From Octopus sinensis (taxonomy: Eukaryota), in contig NC_043004.1 of the NCBI RefSeq assembly GCF_006345805.1, positions 51,150,001 to 51,214,000 of the forward strand: a DNA stretch of 64,000 nucleotides. The letters run 5' to 3'. The notes beneath the pieces are model-generated. The model was not told the origin of the DNA. It was given only the letters and a program-made list of their open reading frames with translations, and did not search any database. How positions within the stretch are numbered: the first letter of the stretch is position 1; the number at the start of each line of letters is the position of its first letter. Made by a program: the position numbers and the translations under genes. Below are positions 51,308 to 62,487 of the stretch, in pieces.

Positions 51308-52043
51308 TAATACTTTAACTAGTTCCAGCTTGAGAGTAATGACCATGCTGGGGCACTGCCTTGAAGGGTTCAGTCAAACAAACTGATCTCAGAACTTACT
51401 TCTTTCCTAGATCTAGAACTAAAGCTATTGCTCTTTTTTCTTTTTTTTTTTTGCAAAACCGTTAAGTGATTGTCTGTAAGTGCATGTGCATGCATTCTTT
51501 CACTTGGTTCAGTCATTTGACTTTGGCCATGGTTGAGCACCACCTTAAAGGGTATTAGTCAAACAAATTGACCCCAGGACTTATTGTTTGTAAGCCTAGT
51601 ATTTATTCTATCAGCCTCTTTTGCCGAACTGCTAAGTTACAAGGACAAAAACACACCAGCATCAGTTGTCAAGTGATGGCAGAGGGACAAACACAGACAC
51701 ACACACACACACATATACACACAACAAACTACTTTCAGTTTCCGTCCACCAAATCCACTCACAAGGCTTTGGTTGGCCTCAAGGATACAGTAGAAAGCAC
51801 TTGATCAAGGTGCCTTGCAGTGGGACTGAAGCCAGAACCATGTGGTTTGGGAACAAGCTACTTACCACCCAACCACACCTGCATGTGTATATTAAAATGT
51901 ATATCCTAAGAAGGTCATAAGTAGGTAGCAACAAACACCCCACCACCTCATATTTTCCTTAATCTTCCTCTCCATCAACAATTCCCTGATGTTGCTCAAC
52001 CATGTTCTTCCTACAGCTCTTTTACCCATCTCAGTGGTTAGAG

Positions 52044-52223
52044 CAGTGGTTTTCAACCAGGGTTCCGCCAGTACAGTGCAGGGGTTCCGCAAGAAGTTAC
52101 AAAAATGCTAAAATCGGCAATAATTTTTAAGTCTCCTGTGCAGAAATTATTGCACAGGGGTTCCTCGAGCCAGTGGAATGTTTCCTTGGGGTTCCTCTCC
52201 AGCAAAATGTTTGAAAAGCACTG
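52044..52223. mobile_element. hAT (Buster/Charlie-like) MITE inside a SINE head
   Basis: Termini CAGTGGTTTTCAA ... TTGAAAAGCACTG; 8-bp TSD GGTTAGAG at 52036-52043 and 52224-52231 (nnnTAnnn type). Confidence 0.9.
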
Positions 52224-52649
52224 GGTTAGAGTGTCAGGCTAACAATCATGAGGTAGTGAGTCTGATTCCCAGACTGGGTTGTGTGTTGTGTACTTGAGCA
52301 AGACACTTTATTTCACATAAATCCAGTTCACTCAGCTGTAAAAATGAGTTGTGACATCATCAGTGCCAAGCTGTATCAGCCTTAGCCTTTCCCTTGTATA
52401 ACATCAGTGGAGTGGAGAGGGGGAAGCTGGCATGCATGGGTGACTGCTGGTCTTCCATAAAGAACCTTGGAGAGAAACTTTCTAAGTGCAATATCAAGAT
52501 CATTCATGACCGAAGGGGGTCTTTTCCCTTTATCCTTTACCCATGAATAATCATATTCTTATAAAGGAAGAGTGCCACAGCGTGTCACATTACATAACCA
52601 AACCAATTCATTTTCTGCTTCTTAACAGTAGAGTCTACTGATTTGCAGA

Positions 52650-52830
52650 CTTCCCAAGAATGTATTTCCTAACACCCTCGTTAGTTCTACACTTTGTATT
52701 AGGAATGCAAAACATCTTAACATCTTTCTATAGCATTTTATTTTAAAGGCCATGCTTGCTCTCACTTTCAGCATCTAACCTCCAACATATGCTCACATAA
52801 AATGCAGTTGAAATTACGATTTCTCTTAAC
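52650..52830 (-). mobile_element. Decayed RTE-like LINE fragment (post-RT region)
   Basis: Minus-strand translation LREIVISTAFYVSICWRLDAESE... resembles the LxSxVxSxxLYxxExWTL motif. Confidence 0.4.
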
Positions 52831-54189
52831 ATATCTTGGTTACTCTTTTACTCTTTTACTTGTTTCAGTCATTTGACTGCGGCCATGCTGGAGCACCGCC
52901 TTTAATCGAGCAACTCGACCCCGGGACTTATTCTTTGTAAGCCCCGTACTTATTCTGTCGGTCTCTTTTTGCCGAACCGCTAAGTGATGGGGACATAAAC
53001 ACACCAGCATCGGTTGTCAAGCAATGCTAAGGGAACAAACACAGACACACAAACACACACACATACATATATATATATACATATATACGACGGGCTTCTT
53101 TCAGTTTCCGTCTACCAAATCCACTCACAAGGCATTGGTCGGCCCGAGGCTATAGCAGAAGACACTTGCCCAAGGTGCCACGCAGTGGGACTGAACCCAG
53201 AACCATGTGGTTGGTAAACAAGCTACTTAACACACAGCCACTCCTGCGCCTATTTACAGAAACCTTTCTTATTTTTTTCTATTGCCTAATTTTGGTATTG
53301 TTGCCGAAGGTGCTGCAATGAATATTGTGCATTTTTACTTCAAGCTCTCATCTTCCATTATTATAAGTGGCAAGCTGGCAGAATCGTTAACCTGCTGGAC
53401 AGAAATACTTAGCAACATTTCAGCCATCTTTACATTCTGAGTTCAAATTCTGCCAAGGTTGACTTTGCCTTTCATCCTTTCAGGGTTGATAAGTTAAGTA
53501 AGTACCAGTCAAGCCCTGGAATCAACAAGACCCCTCCCCACTAAATTTCAGACCTTCTACATGTAGTAGAAGGGATTGTTTTACCAAATATTCAAGTACA
53601 TCGCTCTCTCTATCTCTCCACACACACACATACATCATCATCATCATCATTATTATTTGGCATCCACTTTTAATTGGATTAGACAGAATTTGTTGAGGCA
53701 GATTTCCTACACCTGGATGCTCTTCCTGTTGCCAACCCTCACATATTTCTAACCAAGGTGATATTTACCCATACCTAGACATGTTTTTCATGGGAGACTG
53801 GAAAGAACAACACTGCTTGTATGATGGTGATGCCTATTTACAACCATCACATAATATCAAGACAAGGGTGCACACATATAGACACATACATACATTACAT
53901 ATATACGTGTGTGTTTGTGTGCACATATATGTAAATAACGCATATATATGTGTGTGTATATTTGAGCATATAAAATATGAGAGAAAGCGAAAGAAAATGG
54001 AATTCACAAGATTCTTTATTAATCACTATGATTGTTTTTGTTTTAACCCATCATGCATCGGTCCCTCACAGATGGGATGTTATTCAAACAGTTGTGGTGC
54101 ATCACAGCATACTTCAAGATGTATTTTTAAATGGCATAATGGTAATGGCCATTTATACATTTTGTTCTGGGCACCTGTGTCAGTGGCAC

Positions 54190-54415
54190 ATGTAAAAAGA
54201 TTCGAGCGAGGTCATTGCCAGTACCGCCTGACTGGCCCCTGTGCAGGTGGCACGTAAAAGCACCCACTACACTCTCGGAGTGGTTGGCGTTAGGAAGGGC
54301 ATCCAGCTGTAGAAACTCTGCCAGATCAAGACTGGAGCCTGGTGCAGCCACCTGGTCCGCCAGTCCTCAGTCAAAACCGTCCAACCCATGCTAGCATGGA
54401 AAACGGACGTTAAAC

Positions 54416-54420
<5 letters not shown>
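54190..54420 (-). repeat. Dispersed repeat beginning (CAT)n-CGTTTAACGTCC, probably RTE-associated and non-autonomous. Other copies near 480-680, 8925-9110, 10950-11150, 11625-11810, 12245-12390, 19680-20000, 62150-62265
   Basis: Shared motif TTTCTACAGCTGGATGCCCTTCCTAACGCCAACCAC; the family assignment is inference. Confidence 0.65.
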
Positions 54421-54451
<31 letters not shown>

Positions 54452-54863
54452 GTTGAGAGAATCACAGTTCCCTAATACAATAATTGCATTCATTAACTGA
54501 TCCCAAACTTGCTCGAATCATGGGATCAATTAATAAATGTGATTATTGTATTAGGGAACTATGATTCTCCAAATTTATCTGAGAAATGTGTAAGCTGGAA
54601 TAAAATGAATAAATATCTATTAACTCTGTGACTTTTCTATGATACACTGTAACACCATATCAAATATACTTGGTGACTAAGCTTTGGATTTACAAATTAG
54701 ACTGGTAATGGTTTGTTTAAGTATAGATTATGAGGATTTCTCTACTTATCACAGGTCAATTTAGTTAACCAGGTTTGCTTCGTTTTCTTCACAGAGAGCT
54801 TATAAAGTATTTGGTCAGATCTTTTTCATTTGATATTTACACACACTATATATATATATTTGA

Positions 54864-54944
54864 GGCTCTGATGAAGCTGTAAGATGTTACTTAAGCACTC
54901 AATTATGAGTCCGCTGCATCTTGTAGCAGAAACAGCTGTAAGCT
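54864..54944 (+). ncRNA. Minimal type I hammerhead motif (PLE type) with an intact core
   Basis: Stem I GGCT/AGCT; CTGATGA 54868-74; 11-bp stem II GCTGTAAGATG/CATCTTGTAGC with an A.A base; GAAAC-AGCT (palindromic loop)-GTA 54929-40. Confidence 0.65.
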
Positions 54945-54991
54945 AATGTAGTTCATAAGATAATTGTTTATTTCTTTATCATCTTACTTAC

Positions 54992-55022
<31 letters not shown>

Positions 55023-55049
55023 CATACATACATACATACATACACACAC

Positions 55050-55103
<54 letters not shown>

Positions 55104-56619
55104 TATATATACACCTTATTCATTGACAAGAATAGTGTTGACTGATTTTGAAGTTTTAGCTTGCTAACCTGATAAAGGATGACAGACCAAAATTTTCAAA
55201 GTCACTTCCAGCACCATTCTTGTAAAAGAATAAAAAATGTATTGAGGAATTCTTCAGTTTAATGTAAAACAAACATAAATTTATATATATATATGTATGT
55301 GTATGAGTGTATATGCATATGTGTATACATATGCATACATGAATGTTATATATATATATATGTGTGTGTGTGTATGTATGTATGTATGTATATGTGCATA
55401 TATGTATGCATATATATATAGGTATATACATATATGTATGTATATGCACATAGAGAAACATACACACACATACACACACACACACATACACATGCATATG
55501 TTCAAAAATACATGTGAATGTGTGGGTACATGGGCATGTGGGGGTATATATCTGACTGTCATCTTGAGCCTCTGGTTTGTAAATTGATGACACGTTCTGC
55601 TCCAGTTCACAACAAGAATTCTGACATCATCACTTCGAGATAATAACAACAACAACAACAAACAATAATAATGATAATAATAAGGATAAGGATGAAGATT
55701 GAAATGAATAATCATGCTATGGCAGCGATGATGGTGTTGTAGTTATGATGGTGTAGTAGTGGCAGTGGTGCTGGTGGTAGGTTTTTTTGGGAGGGGGGAC
55801 AAGTGAGGGAGGGAGGAAGGTTAGAGAAGAGGAATGTGTAAAAAAGAAGTAAGGTTGTTTCCATATGATATTTGTGTGATATAAGATCCCTTTCCACTCC
55901 CACCTCTGGCCTTCCATTCCCTTCTCTCATAAAACATTTAGTTGAAGACCACCACCACCACCCCGAATCCAGAACAAGGACAAAAACAAAAACATAAAAA
56001 AACAGAAAGAAAGAAAGAAAGAATGGTGAATAAAAGTAAAAAATAAGGAATGTCAAAAGAAATGAAAAGATTGTCAGCGGGGTGGCGTGAGGCGGGTTAT
56101 GAAGTGTGGGGCTTGAGAAATGATGTGTAGTGGGGTAGCAGGGGGGGGGGAGAACAAAATCAAAATACAGTATAAAGTAATTTGAAAAATATAATGAACA
56201 ACAATGGTTTTGAATTTTGGCACAAGGCCGGCAGTTTTAGGAGGATGTGGTTTGTCAGTTTTTAGTTGGTAGTTTATTTTATTGACTCCAGATGACATGA
56301 AAGACAAAATCAATTTAAGAGGGATTTGAACTAGAAGACATTTTTTTTTTCTTCTTCTTGTCAGATTCTGTCAGATCACCATCTTAATAATAATAATAAT
56401 AATAATAATCTTTTCTACTATAGGCACAAGGGGTGAAATTTGTGGGAAGGGATAGCCAATTACATTAACCCCCAGTCAGTGCTCAACTGGTACTTATTTC
56501 ATCGACCCCGAAAGGATGAGAAACAAAGTCGACCTCAGCGGAATGTGAACTCAGAATGCGAAGATAGACAAAAATACTAAGCATTTTGCCCAGCATGTTA
56601 ATGATGCTGCTAACCCACC

Positions 56620-56790
56620 ACCTGGAGGAAGAGGAGGAGGAGGGGGAAGAAGAAGGAGAAGAAGAAGAAGAAGAAGAAGAAGAAGAAGGAGAAGAAGAAG
56701 AAGAAGAAGAAGAAGAAGAAGAAGAAGAAGAAGAAGAAGAAGAAGAAGAAGAAGAAGAAGAAGAAGGAGAAGTAGAAGGAGAAGAAAAAG
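56620..56790. repeat. (GAA)n/(GGA) polypurine tract
   Basis: Nearly pure purine run, visible directly. Confidence 0.9.
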
Positions 56791-57249
56791 AATTCTTTCT
56801 ATTATAGGCACAAGATCAGAAAATTATAGGGGGGAGGGGGCCAATTGATTACACTGACCCCAGTACTCAACTGGTACTTATTTCACCAGTCCCAAAAGTA
56901 TGAAAGGCGAAGTCAACCTTGGCAGAATTCAAAGGGTGAAATCAGAAGAAATGCTACGAAGCATTTTGTCTGAAGTGCCAGCAATTTTGAGATCAAGGAG
57001 ATCAGTCAATAACATTGACCCCAGTATTAGACTGGTACTTTCTATTATTGGCCCTGGAGGGATGACAGGCAAAGCTGACCTCAGCGAAATTGAACCAGAA
57101 AAATGTGAGGTGAAATCATATATGAAGAAGAGAAAAATAATGTTTATTAAAATCTTTTCTACTACAGGCACAATTTTGGGGAAGGGGTTAAGTCAATTAC
57201 ATCAACCTCAGTCCTCAACTAGTTAAGGCTCATGGTTTAGTGGTTAGGG

Positions 57250-57450
57250 CAGTGGTTTTCAACCAGGGTTCCGCCAGTACAGTCCAGGGGTTCAGCAAGA
57301 AGTTACAAAAATGCTAAAATCGACAGTAATTTTTAATTCTCCTGTGCAGATATGTGTGCATAGGACAATTAAATTATTGCACAGGGGTTCCTCGAGCCAG
57401 TGAGATGTTTTCTTGGGGTTCCGCTCCAGCAAAAAGTTTGAAAAGCACTG
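57250..57450. mobile_element. hAT (Buster/Charlie-like) MITE inside a SINE head, second copy
   Basis: Same termini and internal sequence as 52044-52223; 8-bp TSD GGTTAGGG at 57242-57249 and 57451-57458. Confidence 0.9.
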
Positions 57451-58440
57451 GGTTAGGGTGTTGGACTCATGATCGTAAGGTTGTGGTTTTGATTCCTGGA
57501 CTGGGTAACATGTTCTTGAGCAAAACACTTCATTTCACGTGGCTCCAGTCCAATGAGCTGACAAAAATGAGTAATCCTGCAACAGGCCAGCATCCTGTCC
57601 CAGTTGGGAATATATACACCATGAAACAAGCCCTTATGAGTCAGCATGCTCAAGAAGGTGACTTTACCTTACTTTTTACCGGTACTCAACTAGTACTTAA
57701 TTTATCGACCCCAAAAGGATGAGAGAGAAAGTCGACCTTGGCAGAGTTTTATCTCAGAACGTAAAGACCGAGGATAATGCTGCTAAGCATTTTGTCCAGC
57801 GGGGCAACAATTCTGCCAGCTCGCCACCTAATGTTTATTATAATATAAGGAAAATCAATTGAAAATGTAATTAACAATAAATAAAAAATATCTAAAAATA
57901 ATATGTTCCCACCACACCTTTCGAAGGCATATTTTTTTTGTGTGCATGTTTTTCTGTTCCCTACTGCCACACGACAAGACCTCCTTAAAATAAATATTAT
58001 TGAGAAATGTCACAAGGGGCAACAGAGGGTTGCAATATATCTTGGCAATTAATCACACATTTTTCTTTTTTTTTAGTGTTTTTTTTTTCCTGGAAAAATC
58101 TATGAGTTGTAGGAATACCATTAAAAGAGAGAGAGAGAGAGCTAGCTGTAATTGCCTGACTCCAACCAAACCCCAGTCACAACAAACAACACTAACCTAA
58201 ATGATTTCTTTATTTTGGTGATGTTGGCAGTTGTGGTAGCAGAGGTGGTGGCGGCAGGAGTGGTGGTGGTGATGTTGCTAGTGCTGTAGTGGAGTGTGTC
58301 TGGTAGTAATCTGTGTGTAGGTGTAAAAATAATGTGCGTGGGTGTAGTGTATGTGTAATAATCATTTATATGTGTATGATTACTATGTGTGTGTGCATGT
58401 GTGTGTGCGTATGTATGCATGTGTGTATGTGTGTGTGTGT

Positions 58441-58474
<34 letters not shown>

Positions 58475-59359
58475 TGAGTTCATCCCTTCTTGCTTGGCTC
58501 ATGTTGTTATTCTTTTTTGTTTTCTTTAACGTCAGTTTGATATACATTTTGTTCCACGACCATATTCATCAAACAAGAATAACAATGAAAATGACTTTTA
58601 AAATTTATTTGCCACAGGGGCATGAGACAAGAGGACATTACCAGAACAGCTTACAATTTCTGTGCATGTATGTATGTGTGTGGGGGGATTACATTAGAAT
58701 AAAAAATTAGGGGGAAAAGAGTGGAGGAGGAAATGAGAAGGAAGTACACCCAGACAAAAGTACACATATAAAAATCTATGATGCAGGGTCCTGTTACAGG
58801 AGAACCTTCAGCTCGAGCCAATCAAAGAACCCCAAAGATCCAGGGTCACACTAACCAACAAGGGCACAAGCCCTTCGTCAATTGTTGTTCTCCAGTCTAG
58901 GTATGTGAGTCTATTCACTCAGTTTTACGATTCTTCCACACTTTGACAAACTCAGGTGGAAGTGGAGAGCACTTCCCTCTCCACTTTCACTTTCGTTTTC
59001 AAGTGCAACTTTAAAATAATCAATGTGGATCTGATAGAAGAGGAAGGTGTCTTTCCTCAATCCTTTCACTTTTGTTCACCACACATTCTCTTTTATTGTG
59101 AGAGAGGGAGAGAGACCATTTGTCAACCAGTGTTGGTGTGTTTACATCCTTGTAACTTAGTGGCTCTGCAAAAGAGACTGATAGAATAAGTACCAAGCTT
59201 AAAAAATAAGTACTGGGGTTAAATCATTTGACCAAAAACCCTTCAAGGCAGTGCTCCAGTATGGCCGCAGTCAAATAACTGAAACAATTAAAAGATAAAA
59301 ATAAAAAAAGAGAACTACAGTGGACTGAGAAAAGAAATGGAAAAGGTATGGAACTTTGA

Positions 59360-59899
59360 CCCTTCAGCATTCAGATTATTCTATCAAATGTAAAAGACCC
59401 CACTTTAGATATGAACAAACATGGATTGCACCCTTATGAGGCACAAGTCCGGGCAAGGTTATTTGTGGAAGACCAGCAGTCACCCATGCATACCAGCCTT
59501 CCCTCTCCACACCACTGATGTTATCCAAGGGAAAGGCAAAGGCTGATACAGCTTGGCACCAGTGACGTCGCAACCCACTTCTACAGCTGAGTGAACTGGA
59601 GCAACGTGAAATAAAGTGTCTTGCTCAAGAACACAACATACATCCTGGTCTGGGAATCAAACTCACTACCTTATGATTATGAGCTCAACACTCTAACCAC
59701 TGAGCCATGCAATGCTTATTTATTCACATTGTTTTGAATCTATCCTGCATTATCTTGTAACTTCGAGATTTCAATGAAGTGGTTACATATTTTTTAGACT
59801 AACATTGTTGGGTAGGTGTGAAAGGCCAGATTTGGCCAGTTTGAAAATAAAACAGGAAAAATATTCTGGCTGGATGTGGCCAGTTTAAATGCTAAAGGG
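59360..59899. mobile_element. piggyBac-type MITE with a nested SINE (~59394-59710)
   Basis: Termini cccttcagcatt ... aatgctaaaggg; TTAA on the right and ttga on the left. Confidence 0.75.
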
Positions 59900-60049
59900 T
59901 TAAGGAAGCAGGTGTAACTTCAGTCATAGATGGAGTATTCAGAATGGTAACTACTAATCTGAAATCCTGATTAAACAAGTTCCAACTCACAAGTAGCATG
60001 GAGCTGCAGCAGAGGGCTATACATTGCTTGGAATGGCAAGAATCATAGT

Positions 60050-61170
60050 AAAAGTCCTTGGTCCCTGTTACTTGCTAGGGAGTCAATAGCTTGGTGAGCT
60101 CTGCTATAGATGGCGGACAGTCAAGTTACACATGACTGGCAAGATCTTGACACTCTCGATTGCAGCCTCAGCTACTGTAGTCTCCCGTGAGTAGAGATCC
60201 TGGTAGTGCTCCACCCATCTATCCATTTGCTTGCTTTGATCCCTGATGAGATCTCCAGTAGTTGATTTCAGAGGGGCTGACTTGGTTGCGGATGGACCGA
60301 GGGCCTTCTTCAAAACGGCATACATCCCACGGGTGTCGCCCCTGTCAGCAGCTGACTGGATACTCTGACAGATTTCCTGCCAATACCTATTTGCACAGCG
60401 TCTGGCTGTCAATTGGGTTTTATTTCTTGCCTTTCTGAGTTCTTCGAGTGACTTTGTAGAAGAATCACTCTTGTATTGCATCAGAGCTGCACGCTTTGCT
60501 TCGATAACTGGCTCCAGCTCTGAGAGCCCAGCAATGAACCAATCTGGGTTTTGCCTTTCTCTCATGCCGAAAGTATCTATTGATGTGGTATACAAAGCTT
60601 CCCCGATATAATTCCACCTACTTTCAGCAGAGGAGGTTGGGCAGCTACTGAGGGCAACCTTGATAGAAGCAGCAAAACATTTTCGCAGTGTAGGGTCCGA
60701 GGTTCTGGCAGTGTTAATGCGTGGTCGGCCCACTTTCATGGAGCGATGGACTTTTTTAGGCAGAATCCTCACCCTACTTCTAATTAGTGAGTGGTCTGTG
60801 TCACGATCCACGCTGTGGTAACTGCGGGTCAGTTGAACAAGATTCAGAAAGGATCTCTGTGTAATGATGAGATCCAGCTGATGCCAGTGGTGAGATCTTG
60901 GATGTCTCCAAGATGCCTTGTGGGATGGCTTGTTAGCAAAGAATGTGTTTGTGATGCACAGGTTATGGTATGTGCAGAATTCGAGTAGTCTCTGACCATT
61001 GTCATTCATGTTGCCAATACCAAAGTGTCCAACACAAATGGGCCACGAATCATGGTCAGATCCCACACGAGCGTTAAAATCCCCTAGAAGATAGATGTTT
61101 TCAGTTGTTGGTATATTTTTTATGACACAGTTGAGATCTTGGTAGAACTGGTCCTTGGTCTCCTCTGAGT
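60050..61170 (-). mobile_element. RTE-clade LINE fragment (AP-endonuclease end and linker)
   Basis: 320-aa ORF plus upstream frame: EETKDQFY...LLGDFNARVG...NDNGQRLLEFC...TNTFF...SWRHPRSHHWHQLDLII...DTDHSL. The RT domain is missing; boundaries are approximate. Confidence 0.9.
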
Positions 61171-61202
61171 ATTATATATATACTTATATATACATACATA
61201 AT

Positions 61203-61258
<56 letters not shown>

Positions 61259-62269
61259 TATACAATATATACAATATATATATATATATATATACCATAT
61301 AATATATATGTGTGTATTTATATATGCATACATATATATTATATCTAAAATCATAAAAGAGTAGAAAGAGACATAAAATACAAACCTACATGCACATGCA
61401 CACACACACACATACACGCACACATGCACATACAGACACACACATACTCAGAGCTATTCATGTGTGAGAAAATCAGTGGAGCAGATCTTTTAAACATGAA
61501 TATGCTTTATTATATTTGTTCTGCCTGAACTGCACAGTCGCTCCCTTGTCATACTTGCCATTGTAAATGCAGTGAACAAGGAACTGGCAGCCTTGAAAAT
61601 CTATAAACAACAGCCTATTGTTAACAAATATGTGATACATTATCGACACAAACACACACACAAGAATAGTAAATTTCTACTTTGCAAAAATATACAATAG
61701 GCCATCAGTTTAATGTAAAATTTTTTATTATTACTGAACACGAAAATAAGCATTTATATACATATATATATATATATTGAGTATGGTAGATGAGTTCAGC
61801 AAAAATTTAGATTATTTAGATTCTGATGAATATGGTACTTAACCTGAGGCACTAGAATTTAGTACGGTATTATCCATACAATTTCAAAGTAAGGTGATTA
61901 AAATCAAAATAAGGAACAAGGATATCCAGAAGTAATGCAGTACGACCGTTTCATGCAACTGCAATCATTATATCAATTTAAAATGCAGAGCAATCCGCAA
62001 CTGCAAAAAGACATTGAATTTAATTAAATTAGGACAGATGGACACAGAATAATTATACCTAAAATCTCCAAGAAATTAAGGAGATAGACAAAGAACTCGC
62101 TGCATTCACTCCAGCATAGAAGCTACTCATATATATATCATCATCATCATCATCATCATCGTTTAGCGTCCGCTTTCCATGCTAGCATGGGTTGGATGGT
62201 TCAACTGGGGTCTGTGAAGCCAGAAGGCTGCATCAGGCCCAGTCTGATCTGGCAGTGTTTCTATGGCTA

Positions 62270-62301
<32 letters not shown>

Positions 62302-62357
62302 CAAACACATATACATACTCATTTACATATATATATATACACACACACTTATATATC

Positions 62358-62408
<51 letters not shown>

Positions 62409-62440
62409 GTAAACACACACACATATACATACTCATTTAC

Positions 62441-62487
<47 letters not shown>

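Noticed and set aside
58800-58900. Plus-strand exon-like segment (ttacag| ... |gtatgt)
   Set aside because: No recognisable protein, no partner exons, and such signals occur by chance.
61473-61661. Unique-looking ORF or candidate first exon
   Set aside because: No homology recognised and no decisive splice or start evidence.
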